DNA from: Moniliella sp. 'wahieum'
Taxonomy: Eukaryota
Direction: 5' to 3'
Assembly (NCBI GenBank): GCA_003971905.1
Contig: RSEE01000032.1
Coordinates: 186,001-250,000, forward strand
DNA: 64,000 nt
The position numbers and the translations under genes were made by a program. Below the pieces are notes generated by a model. It searched no databases and had not been told where the DNA came from. It was given only the letters and a program-made list of their open reading frames with translations. This document shows, piece by piece, positions 1 to 12,125 of the stretch; the stretch's first letter is position 1; each line of letters begins with the position of its first letter.

Positions 1-1349
1 TCCACCCGCCGCCGCCACGTCCACGCCCGCTGCGCATCGGTCAAAACAGACGTGGCGTGCTCCAACCCAATCGCGTAGTCGTGCAGATCCAGCACCCCGC
101 ATTGGACCGAGGCACCAGTCCCACTTCAGCAGCCGTCTCCGCCACCTCGTCGCCCCGCCAGTCAACTGACCGGTAATCCTCTGCCACCTGCAACTCAGCC
201 ACCCCTTCTTCGGCCGAGGTGCCGGCGATCAGCCCCATCTCCACCTCCGCCCCAGTACTTGGCAGGCCAGCTGCCCCGCCCACCAGTACTGCCCCTGGTA
301 TATGCAGTCGTTCCACCGCTTTGCCCACCGCATACGCACCTGGGCTGATGAAACCAGTTCCGCCCCCTTCAAAACGGTTGAAAGAGAGGATGCCGCGTCA
401 GCTGGGTCAGGGCTTGTTCGCCCATAGCCGCGCTCACTAGCCGCACCGACACGAGTCGGTCGGGACCCTGGCCACCGAGGTGAAGTAAGGAGGCCAATGA
501 CCAAGTACGGTAGTTCCCTGGCCAGCCGATTGTATGGAACACACTCCCTGGTGTATGGTGCTCCGGACCGACACGCCAAATTTGCTCGTAGAAAGAAGCG
601 TTGGAACGTATCCCCTTGGTGGCGGGAAAAAGAGTCGCGTCAGCAACCACCGCCGCACTCGTCGTACCTTCCAGCCCATCAGCCAGGAGCGTCACCGGCG
701 CTGCCCATTCCTTCTTGTCCCGCCAGCACCCCTGCCACCCCAATCTTGTGTGCCGATTCGGGGTGTCGATCCCATATCACGTCCGTCTGCTGGGCCGGCA
801 CAATGTTCACCCCCATGCGCGTTGCCTTTTAGCCAGAGCCGCGATGAGCGCCGTCGTAGAGACGATCTGTCGGTCCCGCAGGCCCGTCGATGTCAACCCC
901 CGAAACTTCTTCAGTGAAAGGGGATAGTGGCGGGAAGGAGTGAGAAAGTAGGCGCGCTCATCCGTAGTGGTGTGCAGCTCAACTGGGCCTGCGAAGTGCC
1001 ACGACGGCAATAGACTTTGCAGTGCACTGGTATTGACCACATCGTGCGTTCCGCCCACGCAACGGGCGAGAAAGGAACGTCAAGCACGCTGATCCGCACT
1101 GTGTCCTTTTCCTCCTGAGCCAGTTGGGCAGCCTTGACTGCTGCGCTGAGTCCGGCTGGACCGGCGCCAAGAATTAAGACATCGCACGTGTCCTGGGACC
1201 CCCTTTCCGGATCCCAACTTCCATGTCGGGGGGGTAGGAAGTGGCGATTCGTCGAAGATGAGGGAGAAAAAAGTAGAGTGTCGTAGGAGGGGAACAGAAC
1301 GGGTGGTGGATGGAAGAGTCGAGGCGGAGAGGGCACGGACTAGGGCCAT
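1..1349 (-). CDS. Divergent ETF:ubiquinone oxidoreductase-like FAD protein (3' end beyond window start; frameshifted)
   Basis: Collinear fragments across minus-strand ORFs follow ETF-QO motif order: presequence-like MALVRALSAST, DVLILGAGPAGLSAA (FAD GxGxxG), ALQSLLPSW, VTLLADG, YEQIWRV..HHTPGSVFHTIGWP, HPLFQPF, LHIPGAVLVGGAAG. Confidence 0.7.
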
Positions 1350-2209
1350 CGTGGCAAGACACGAATACCGTCGCCATCCTAGCACCATTGCTTCGGCCTC
1401 TCAGATCTCAGGCGAGAAGGACGGCGCGAGGAAGATTACCTAATGCAGCGTAAAAAAAGCCACGAAACACTGCGCAAAATGGGACAGTATCATGCATCAG
1501 ATCGATCATCGATTTTCGGCTGATTCATCAGGCCTTCGGCCTTGGTTACATCACTCCTCCCTCTTCGCCTACGATCGCCTACGAGGATCAGGCCAGCAGG
1601 GTGGCGATCACCGACGTCCCGCTCGCTCGCCCGGCACATTTGCAGACCCCTCGCGCTCCCCCTAGTAGGAGACCAATGGTGTTGCCAGTAAGTCAGGAAC
1701 CCCTCTGCCGCCATTAAATTCATCTCCAAATTGATCTAGCCCTAGGGGGTACGGATGAAGCTGATGAGAATAAGCGCCATACAGGGCATTGTTTGTCATC
1801 GTCTCTCCCTTGCTGTTCCGTCCTCTACCCTGGCCTCACCGGTCACCCCGCAAGCAGCCCCGACCCCGTCATCGATAGCACTCACTATCTGTGGCGATTC
1901 CTCCTCTATCTCTCCGCTAGTGTCGATAGCCCCAAGGGATCGGGAGGTCTCGCCAACTCGTCCCTGTGGTTTGTGTTTTTTTGGCGAATGCCAGTATGGA
2001 TTCAAAAAGAGGGAGACGCTTCCTCGACAACGACGAGCCACGCCTGGCGAGTGCAATGTTAAATGATCCTACTCGCTTCACAGAACATAGCATTTGCACC
2101 CTTGTCGCTCCTCTGAACAGGCCTCGCACACCACCTCCACCCGTACCATGGCCCAGAAAAAGGAAGCGGGATTGTGAACGCGATCCCTAGGGACCACACA
2201 GCGCGCGGC

Positions 2210-2773
2210 TCACCACAGCTTCCTCCTCTCGATGCGCTCGGCGTGCTTGATCCGCTGCGCAATCGACCACCGCTTGCGCCGCTCATCATCGACCATGATC
2301 GCGTGCTGACGCGTAGGCCGGGTGGCCGGAGCGACCATACGGATCCAGAGCGGCTTGACGCTGTACATGCGCGCCAGGGCGTAGATGTTGTACTTGACCG
2401 GGTCCGAGGCGCGCAAGCGCTGGATCGCAATGATGTCCGCGGCGGTCAACGGGGTCTGACGCGGGTTCGCCGCCGGTTGCAACGGCTGGGTCTCACGGCG
2501 CGTAGGAGGCGGCAGCGGCGCATCGCCCCCGAGTCGTCCGTGCCCGTCCTGGCATCTTTGCCATCCAGGATCGGGACAGGACCATCGTCGTGCTCTCCGG
2601 CGGCTCCACCGACGGAGGCGGGCGCACCACAAACGTTTCACCCGTCGGCAACCGGCTCCAGCCCGCTCTCTCTTGTCCTCTTCCAGAGGGTCGCGGCTAC
2701 GCCGAACGGGGGTCACATGCGAATGGCGCCCTGCCACGTGCGAGGTAGAGAAGGAACGACGCTGCCCCCCCAT
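2210..2773 (-). CDS. MRPL20: Mitochondrial ribosomal protein mL58 (MRP-L20 family) domain, probably the C-terminal part of a fusion with the upstream SQR
   Basis: LTAADIIAIQRLRASDPVKYNIYALARMYSVKPLWIRMVAP matches the mL58 core as I recall it (LT..DI.EI..LR..DP..W....LA..F......I). FVVRPPPS lies in an adjacent frame, and the ORF ends ERRKLW-TGA at 2210. Confidence 0.8.
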   Translation of the reverse strand: MGGQRRSFSTSHVAGRHSHVTPVRRSRDPLEEDKRERAGAGCRRVKRLWCARLRRWSRRRARRWSCPDPGWQRCQDGHGRLGGDAPLPPPTRRETQPLQPAANPRQTPLTAADIIAIQRLRASDPVKYNIYALARMYSVKPLWIRMVAPATRPTRQHAIMVDDERRKRWSIAQRIKHAERIERRKLW

Positions 2774-2786
2774 CGGAAGGGGAGCG

Positions 2787-4338
2787 TCAAGCTGGCGCGA
2801 GCTGCAGTGTGCATACTGCGGGTGTTCGTCGCGGGGGCCAGCGTCTTGGGGTTAAGCCATCCCTTAGACCCGCCCAGTTGCCCTTGACCATGGAGCTGTA
2901 GTAGACGCGAGGGAAAAATTCCTTCTTCAGGTACCAGAATGCGCGCATGGGCTCGCCTTGGTCGATGCCAAACTTGGCAAACGACTCCTTGGGCTGCCCA
3001 CCGTATTTAAACTCAGCCAAGAGCACTTTACCGTACTCGGTGATGAGCGGGCAAGAGGTATAGCCGTCGTACGCAGCAGGCAGCTCCGTCGTACCGGGGT
3101 TGGCCATGGTGAAGAGCATGTTGGCTACCGTGACAGGCGCTTGGGCGGTAATCGCAGCGGTCGTCTTGGAGGTAGGAAGGGACGAGTCACCAAGCGACCA
3201 AATGTTCTTGTACTTGGTGTGCTGCGTCGTGGCCGGGTCGACATCAACAAACCCGCCCTGTTCAGCGGCAAGAGGGGAGTTCTTGATAAAGTCAAGCGGG
3301 CCCATGGGGGGCGAGACATGCAGCAGATCGTAGGCACGCTCCAACGAACCACCGTCAGGTGGTAAAGGTGGCCACCTTCTTTCCGCATCGATCTTGACAA
3401 GGTTGGTGTTGAACAAACCCTCAACCTGGCGTTCCTTGCGCAGCTCCTCCAAAACCGCACTGTACTTGGGCACACCAAACATCGTTGGCAACCCATCGAG
3501 GAAAGAGACCTTGACACCCTTGGTGGGATCCGACGGCGAGAACTGGCCCGCTCGCTTCCAGTGGTCCAACGCCATCCACATGATCTTTTGCGGGGCTCCG
3601 GCGCATTTGATCACGGCAGCCGGTTGGGTAAAGATAGCCTGGCCCTTGGTGAGCGCCTCAATAGCCGGGAAGACGTGGGGACAGTGTTGTAGCCATAGAT
3701 GCTGACCACACCGGTCTCTTTGGGGTGAGCCAAAGCGTCAGGAAGACCCTCAATGGCATCCCAGTTGGTCTTGATACCAGGAGCAACACCAGCTGCTCGT
3801 AGGTGATCGTGCGACCGTCGCGCGTCTTGATCTCGTTTGTCTCGGGAGCAAAGTGGCGACCGAGTCGGCCAAGTAATCGATTCCGGCCGTCTTGCCAGGC
3901 ACAGCTTCGGTGACAGTGAGTTCCTTCATACTCCGACGACCTTCTCGCGAGTGCGCACACCGCCGCCGACAAGAGTCCAGCCTGGCTGGTAGTCATGGAA
4001 CTCGGCCGGGTCAATCACAAGGATCCGCACGCCGTCCGTGGGAAGTACCCCGACTTGGCGACCTCCTTGGCCACGGCCTGGCCGGCAGTGCCGCCGCCGA
4101 CGACGACGAGACGGTAAGCGTGCTTACGTGCCTCGCCCGCACGCTGGCGGCGGAAAAGGCATCGTCGGCAGCGGTAGTAAGCGTACGGCGCGGGGTGGGC
4201 CGGGGCGCGGAGGGAGGCGGCGGTGGGGTAGGCCAAGGCCGAGGCCGAGCGGAGTGTGCTCAGGCCGCGGGTGAGGGCAAGCGGAGAGCGGCGGGCAGAG
4301 CGGACTGCCAGCTGCAGCGGAACGAGGGATCCAGCCAT
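2787..4338 (-). CDS. hmt2: Mitochondrial sulfide:quinone oxidoreductase (SQR/Hmt2/SQOR); frameshifted; the stop at 2787 is probably artefactual
   Basis: Presequence MAGSLVPLQLAVRSARR, then LVVVGGGTAG, DYQPGWTLVGGG, catalytic-Cys motifs IKCAGAPQKIMW and YDGYTSCPL, LPTSKTTAAI and VLLAEFKYGG. Confidence 0.93.
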
Positions 4339-4829
4339 GGTTATCGCCGCCGCGGGGGTCGTCGTCGTCGTCCAGAAGGGACAAAAAGACAGGCCAGGGG
4401 AGTCGAAGCGCAGCGGCAGCAGCGCCGGCCTGGGAAAGAAGGAGAGCTTCTTGCGGGCGCGGCGGAACGCATGGCACGTTCCGCCTTCCGCCCAGCAGGA
4501 CGCTGGGACGATTGAAATGTAAATGAGGGAGGCGTCTGAAACTTGCAGCAGCCTGCCAGCTCCACGTGAGAGGCGACGCAGGGGCGTATTCAATCAAAGT
4601 GCGCACTCGCCCAGTGGGATGCTCCGATCCGCTCACAGCTCAGACTGGGCTCGTGCACGGCTCCCTTCCAGTGCTGCAAATCTAAGTAGATCCACGACCC
4701 ACAGCCGACTGTGGGGAGGCCCATGCGAACCAGTCGTGGTGTACTGATAGCGCATGTCCGCCTGGGGCTGATATATGATCGCCAGCCTCGCTTCCCCCCC
4801 TCGCCACCCGCCCCCCCTCCGCCCCCGCC

Positions 4830-6246
4830 ATGCCCGCCCCAGCCCAGGTCGATGCGGCAGCGCAGACATTTGCCCTGGGCGACTTTGAGCTGCAGAGCGG
4901 AGACGTGCTCAAGGACGCCTACCTGGCATACAAGACGTATGGCCAGCCCTCCAACCCCCTCATCTTCCCCACCTGGTTCACCGGCACACTCACCGAGGTA
5001 CGTGCCTCCTTCTCCCCCCCCCCCATCCCGTCTTCTCACACGTTGGTTCTCCCAGGGCAACGAGTGGCTCATCAGCACCCCTGCCCATCCGCGCCGTGCG
5101 CTGGATCCCGCCAAGTTCTTCATTGTCTCGGTCGCGCTCTTTGGCAACGGCGAGTCGTCCAGTCCGAGCAACACGCCCGGCGCCCAGGCAGGCGCCAACT
5201 TCCCCACACCATGTACGACAATGTGCGTGCGCAGCACCAACTGGTGCGCCACCTGGGCAAGTCCAAGTTGATCGTCGTTGGCTGGTCCATGGGTGCCGGT
5301 CAAACGTTCCAATGGGCGTCGCAGTACCCCGACATGGTGACGCATGCCTTCCCCTTTTGTGGGGCGGCGCGGACGAGCGTGCACAACCAAGTGTTTATTG
5401 ACAGTGTTCGCAAGGCCATCGTGACCGACCAAACGTTTGCTGAAGGCACCTATTCTCCCCATGCCCCTCCTACCAAGGGCCTGGAGGCAATGGGACGGTG
5501 TATGCCGGATGGGGCTTTTCCAGCCGTTTTACCGGGCCCGCCTGTACACCAAGCCGCCGTTTAACTACCCTGACCTCAACGCGTTCCTGGTCAACTTTTG
5601 GGAAAAGTGGGCCACCTCCAAAGACGCCAACAATGTCCTTCGTCATGTATGGACGTGGGCGCATGCCGACATTGGTGCGCAGCCCTTGTACGCCGGCGCA
5701 TCGAAGCGCGACGTGCCACCGTCCCAGGGGGGCGCATGGGAACGTTTGGTGATTTTGGCCCGATCACCGAGCAAGATGATTTGGCTTTCCAGCGCGCACT
5801 CGAAGCGATCCAAGCACGTGTGCTCATTCTGCCCTGTCGCACCGACCTTACTTCCCCCCCGAGGACAGTGAGGCGGAAACCAAGGCGATCCCCCGCGCTG
5901 AGCTCAAGGTCATCGAAAGTATCTTTGGTCATTGGGCGGGGGACCGGGCGATAGTGCGGTGGATGCCAAGTTCCTAGACGATTCGATCTATGACTTTTTG
6001 GCCAAATATGCAGACGAGATTGACTCGCCATACACCCAAGGTGTAAGTACTGTGGTGGACGGTTTGTCCGGGTGGAGTGCTATCCACTCGACGTTTGCTG
6101 GTGCTGTATGGCCCATGATGCATGATACGCCAACGCCGAATGCGTCGCCTGTTCATGCCCACCGTCCTCTTTTTCGTGTGGGTCTGCGCTCGCTTCCTTA
6201 CGTTTTGAATCCTTGCTGTCGCTCAAGTTTCCATCCTCCCGCTTGA
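4830..6246 (+). CDS. Homoserine O-acetyltransferase-like alpha/beta hydrolase (intron 4998-5055; frameshifted; 3' end approximate)
   Basis: LGDFELQSG..L.DA.LAYKTYG, PTWFTG, FGNGESSSPSN, YDNVRAQH, nucleophile elbow GWSMG, YAGWG, and late GHWAGGPG (catalytic His). GTACGT...CAG intron. Confidence 0.85.
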
Positions 6247-6547
6247 GTCGTGTACACCCAAACTGTTCCATCCTTGGTCCGTGTACAAGTGAGTCGCACC
6301 GCGTCCCATGGCTCCTTACTGGAGGAAGTACGGGACGTTTCGTCGCAGGAGGCCAAGTGAATGCCGTCCTGATTCCCCTACCAATGCAAGACGTGGCAAC
6401 GGCGCGAGGTTGGCTCTATCACATTACCAACGCAGGTACAAACGAGGGGAGACGCTAGAGGGAAATAAAGATTAGAAGGAGAGGGGTGGGACCTCTACAG
6501 GAAGTGTAGTGTATATACTGTACATGCGCAGAACCAAGCGACGGTTG

Positions 6548-9500
6548 TCAGCCCGGTGAGCAGGCGGGAGAGGGTTTTAGCGTAAAGACAGTGCCGCGTT
6601 CGGAGGGCTCCCGATCACCTGCACCACCTCCCCTAGCATCCACACTGTACCGGCTAATGGTAGAGCGGTGGTGGTATGGGTGTGGCCGCGGGGGGGGCCG
6701 TTGTTGGTCCCGTCCCAGATGGACGAGGGGCGTGGTGGGGCGGTACGGTTGGGTGCAGTAGGCTTCGGTGCCTGTGCTGGGTCCCATATCCTGAGAAAGG
6801 TCTCTGTGCCGGGCCGGGGGGGAAGTGTCCCACGTCGGAAGAGGCCCATAGCCAGCCGAAGCCGCCTTAGGAGACGCTAAACCGAAGCTGAAGGCGAGGA
6901 GACGGGGTACATGTCGACAAGTCCCCCAGCCCAATGGGAGGGGCAGGAGGACGAGGGGGTGGAAGGGAAGTCTTTTGGGCCCCAGCAATGGGATCCGACA
7001 CGCGCAGTGCCCTCGACGCCGGATTGGAACCAATAAGTGAAGGAGAAGGAGAGAGTTGGTAAGGATGAGGGATAGAAGGTAACTGCTGCGTATGTGTGGA
7101 AGCGAAGGAGAGAATGCCAGCCCAACGGAGGTTGGGTCTGTATTGGAGAGGTCGGGTTGGACCGAGTGGTTGGTAAGGGCTCATTCACCTGCGCAAAGTT
7201 GAGGCTCGATATGGGGTCTTTGCCAAACACAGGGCTTGTAGGAATCGGCCCACCGAGAGTGGGCGGATTGGACAAGGATCGAAATCGAGGTCCGACAAGC
7301 GTTGCCGCATCGGGGTGGACGGAGGCGGCGCCGGGGACCCTGGAGAAACAGGTGCCGCTTGAACAGGTTGGGTCGGTGGAGCAGAAGGGTGCGGTGATGT
7401 GATTGTAGGTTGACGATGGGGGGCAGCAGAGGGTGGCGCGGACAGACCATTGGAAGACGAAGAAGAGGAAGAAGGTGCATCTGTAGTTCGTCGAGCGGAA
7501 AGAGTTTTGGCCGTAAAGGTGCGGACCTTACGGAACATTGACGGATTGTGTTTGCGGGCCATGGAAGGTGTGCTCGGGCGCTTTGCGGGAGCGAAGGTGG
7601 AAACTCTGGTTCAGAAGGGAGCTTCTCACCCCCTTGCGTCACGGGGGGGTATAATTGGAACGGTGGGGGCACCAGGAGGGTGTATGAAGGTGGTAAAGGC
7701 GGGTGGCATTGAGCTTGGCATGGGGCTTGTCGTCCATCGATTCTTGTCGCTGGCAACCTAGACGCACACATCCGTTAGCAATCAACGGACTCTGACATAA
7801 GAGGAAAAGACCTGATACAAAATCGATCGGGGAAACGAGAAAAAGCAGGGATGAAGCAAGGGGACGAAGAGCAGCAGGGTCAGAACGTACATGAGCCCCA
7901 TGGGATGAAAAATGAGCCAGCCCCTCAGCCAAAGGAGGAGCCGATCGAGTTCGAGGTGGAGAGGGCACCGGTCCTTCCTCAGGAGCCCGCAGACAGGACG
8001 ATCTGACTAGGTGCCCTCGGCCCCAAAGCCGCGCAAATCGTGATGGCTTGCCTTGAGACGCGGACGAGGTTTGAGGGAGAGGGTCAGTGGCAGGAACGGG
8101 GGGCGCAGGTGCGGTCTGAGGTTGTAGAACCGGCACTGACTGTGCCAAATAATAGGGTGTGCCATTCGGGTCGACAAGCACTGGCTGAGGAAAGGGCCCG
8201 GAATGTGAGGAACCAATGCCGAGGTGGGCTGGAAAAGGCGGCAGTCGGATCAGAATTGCCTTTCGTAAGGTCGGCGCGAATCTGGGCTAACGCTGTAGGG
8301 TCGGCAATGGCGTACCCGTATTGGCCTGGATTCTGCATCACCGCGGCGGGGGGGTATAATCCAGCCCAGTAAGGAACTGAAGGTGCCGATTGGGAAGGCA
8401 GCCACGGCGGAGGTGGTAACGCAGGCTCGCTCGGACCGCGTACACGGGCCGCTGGTTCTAAAGGGGAACGTAGTACCTCCATTCGGTTGGATGAGTCGTC
8501 AACTTGGGCTGAATCCTGTGGCAGCGGGATGTTTTGCCCAGGACCGGCAGGAGACGAGTCCAAATTGTTCCCTCTTGACAGGGAGGATGGATCTCTATCC
8601 ACGCCATGGGCAGCGGAAGCGAGCGACCCCCGGGATCTGGTGCGACTGGGTGGGCCATCCCACCTGCCGCTATCGCCTTCTTCTGGCCTCAGCCGTTCTT
8701 GGTCCTGACGCGATTGCTGCCGACTCCCAGAAAGTGATGGCGCATGCGCCTGGGCGGGCGAGGGTGGAAGTCGCATGGCTCGAGTGGGAGGCGAAAGAAG
8801 CCAATCCTTGTTACCAGAAGGAGGCGGGACCCGCTTCCAGAAGGGGATAAATCCAGCTTGTCCAGGTCGTGAGGACGCGGACCAGGAGCACTCTTTCGCC
8901 CTGAACGGACGTGAGAAGGACGGGTTGCATCTGTAGACCGACGGGGCCGGCCGGTGCTGACCGGTGGTAGTCGAAAGAGCGGTGAAATCGGACAAGATCA
9001 TCCGCTTGAAAATCAGAATCACCTTCCGGGTCCAAGGCCCAGTCGCGGGCATCAGGTGGAACTCGAGACTGCGCGGGAGAGTAACCATCATCAGGCTCAG
9101 CATACCATCGACGAGATCTCGTACTGGACCGGTGTCGCAAGGTCCTAGGGCGAGATCCCGTCCCCTCCAAATCGTCCGAGTCCGAACCCGAAGACGAGGA
9201 GGACAGCGTGTTGTGGTAGTGTTCACTCTTGGTGCGCGAACGACGCGATCGACCAGACCCAGACCTTGCCATCTTTCGACGAGACCATTCCGATGAACGG
9301 GAACGCCGACGATGGGAATGCTCGCTCACTGCTGTTTCCACTCGCTGGTCCAATTCGCCAGTGAGATTCGCGATGGCCCGACGGAGATTCTTTCATACGT
9401 TGTCAGCATTGAGAAATGGTCATGAGAACAGGGAAGAAAGGCATACCTCGATCTCCTGAGTTTGCCGATCCAACATTGCGCGTTGCCGGACAATCTCCCT

Positions 9501-11910
9501 CGCAAGCCCATCGTCATGGGCATCAGGCACAACTGTGGCAACCTGGGAGTCCCCTGAATCTGCAGGGGTACGTTGCGGGGCTTGGGCTCCAGTCCACCGG
9601 GGAGTTGTTGGGCTTAGGACGATCGCGTCTTGTTCTGCATCGGCAGAGGTCCACAAAGCGCTCGCAGGTGCACCTTTCCCCTGCTTGCGACTCCGCGAGC
9701 CAGACCGGTTGACCAACTGCGGGGGGGGAGACCACCTGAGAAGACTGTGGTGTGCTCTCCCACGTCGTATCCCCCATCCCTTGTCGTATGGACACGGATT
9801 CAGGCGGTGACACAGTAGAGCTATGCCCCGTGTTAGGATCGTACAGGGAAGAACGTTCCAATCCTGGTTCAGCAGGCCCCTCAGGACGTGGATGAAAAGT
9901 TGCAGCCACTTGGGAAGTGATGAGGCCCATCTCAGAAGCAGTTGATCTCTCATCAGTGATGGCTTGGCTTGTGGGGAGGGGACGCAAGGGATCAGTATCC
10001 ACCGAGGCCTTCTCCACTAAGTGTCCTGCTTTCCTTGTGTCGGCCTGGGGCACAGTTGGTGCACGTTGGCCCGTAAATCTCGGTGTAGCCAGACCCACAG
10101 AAGAAGAGGTCCCATATGGAGGAACACCCGCCGGAGTAGCCTCCTGAGGTGACGAACGCGTAAGATGATCAAACGAACCAAGCATACCCGAAGGTTGAGG
10201 ACGTTTCTGGGGACAGGGTCCGAGGCCGAACCAGTCCCGACACATCCCTTTCGAGCTCAGTGGAAGATGAAACTGTAGAGAGAGAGAGGCGATCGGGAGG
10301 AAGATGGGTAGGGCCATCTGCCTTGGTCCCATGCCCCGGTTGGTGCCCTTTAGGATCAGCCACAGTAGGATGGGATAGACTTGTAGGTACCTGATCCTCA
10401 AGAGGCCGAGCCAATCCATGCTGTGATGGACTTCGCCACCTTGGGGTGGGCTCGTACCCCCGAGCGACCGTTCGAAAGAGGAAGGTAACCAACTGGGGTT
10501 GGTCTTGGGCAAGGGGAGCGATGATGTACTCGAAGAAGTAGGATGGCCACTTTGGGCAACATCAATCTCCTCCAGCGACATAGCCCAGGAGCCCAAGCCA
10601 AAATCAACCTCGTGCTCCAAGTCCAGGGGTTCTTGACCTTGGTCCCGATGCTCGTCAGAGGACATCATTTGCCCATCGGAGGAGACTCGACTACCGGAAA
10701 ATTCGGCAAATTTGGTCCCACAGACAAATCCAAAGAATGAAGCGTAGCCCGCGTGCGGCGCGGGGTACTCGAATCATCTGAGGGCTCATCAAACTCAAAC
10801 GTGCTGCGATGTGGAGACGGGTGGGGATCAAAGGACAAGGCGTTCCAGGGAGCGGAGGGGAGCCCAAGCGAGGAGGGGTGGATTGTTGAGAGCCAGACTG
10901 GGATGATCTCAATCGAAGGTGGGCAGGGGATCTTTGACGGGGCCCATGAGTCCCAACAGGCTCAGACGCCACATCACTTGGAGGCAGATCAGTATCCTGT
11001 CCCCTTTGCCCACGCGAGGGCCTATCACGCTTGAATGCTGCAGTCAAAGGAGCAGAACGTGGTGTCGAAGTGAGTTCGGCTTCCGACGCTGAAGTCACAG
11101 AGGCAGGGTGGTGGTAGCGGATGGAAGGCTTGCGCGGGGATCCCACCTCATCCACGCTGGGCGCTGCGCTCCCTTCGCGCAGAGCAGAGCGAGGAAAGAA
11201 ATGGGAAGCATGCATGCCGGCAGGGCTGTGGGGTGAAGGTGTTCCCAAAGGGGCATTGGGAGACAAAGACCCAGGTTGGTCCAAATAAGGCGAAGGTGTG
11301 CTGCGGAGGGAAGTGTGCTTGGCCGAAACTAAGACCAACTCCTTCAGCCCACAACGGACCTTCGCTCAAGGATGCGAGAAGAGGATCGCCTAGAGGCTAA
11401 TGATCCTGGCATCAAGGCAACTTCGAGCTCAGGGGAAGGAGTAGACCTTCCCGTCGAGTCTGGCAAGGCCGAGCAGACACAGCAGGATCAATAGCATCGT
11501 CTGGCGGGAGTTGAGTCGTGGTGGAGGCGGGGGGCGGACGGGAAAGGTTGGTACGGGGAACGCGTTCAGAAGGGGTGTGAGAGCGTATGCGCCGCCTGAT
11601 CCGACCCAGAAGCCCAGTCGAGAGAGTGGGATGCGCGACTGCGCTGGTCCAGCTGGTCCTGGGAGTCGTCGCGAGCAGAAACAGGATTGGCACTGTTCAC
11701 GTCGCTGTCCTCCCAAGGCAGATTTAGCGCAAGGGCGAGCTGTTGGAGGGTAGCATCAGGGGTCGCTTGGCCCCCGAGCCACCGCGGGTGTGAGGGGCGA
11801 ACGACTGGGGCGGTCGGAGCGGCAAGTGGTGAAGGAGCGAAGGTAGGGGCCGACTGGGTGATGGCGGGGGCAGAGGGACTGTCGCCGCGGCGACTCGCAG
11901 AAGAGGCCAT
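6548..11910 (-). CDS. Large Ser/Pro-rich, probably disordered hypothetical protein with a short coiled coil
   Basis: Chain of long same-strand ORFs starting MASSASRRGD. Two canonical introns: 9390-9446 (GTATGC..CTGAC..AG), joining RQTQEIE|NLRRAIANLTGELDQRV, and 7758-7890 (GTACGT..CTAAC..TAG). No recognisable domain. Confidence 0.6.
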
Positions 11911-11964
11911 GCGCGGCGAGGAGGCTCTGACAGCGGCACCCAGCAGTGAAAGGTAGCAGCAAGC

Positions 11965-12125
11965 GGTAGTGGTGGTGGTGGTGGTGGTGGTGGTGGTGGT
12001 GTGGTGGTGGTGTGGTGGTGGTGGTGGTGGTGGTGTGGTGGTGGTGGTGGTGGTGGTGGTGGTGGTGGTGGTGGTGGTGTGGTGGTGGTGGTGGTGGTGG
12101 TGGTGGGAGTGGTGGTGGTAGTGGT
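11965..12125. repeat. (GGT)n/(ACC)n trinucleotide microsatellite, about 160 bp with a few 1-nt interruptions
   Basis: Read directly from the sequence. Confidence 0.97.

Noticed and set aside
2714..2814. Genuinely overlapping but separate SQR and mL58 genes, or a bacterial-style operon
   Set aside because: A separate mL58 would need its promoter inside the SQR coding sequence. The presequence-like linker and the G7 homopolymer favour a single fused ORF, though this is not proven.
11965..12125. Telomeric or interstitial telomere repeat
   Set aside because: The unit is GGT, not TTAGGG, and it lies internally between ordinary sequence.
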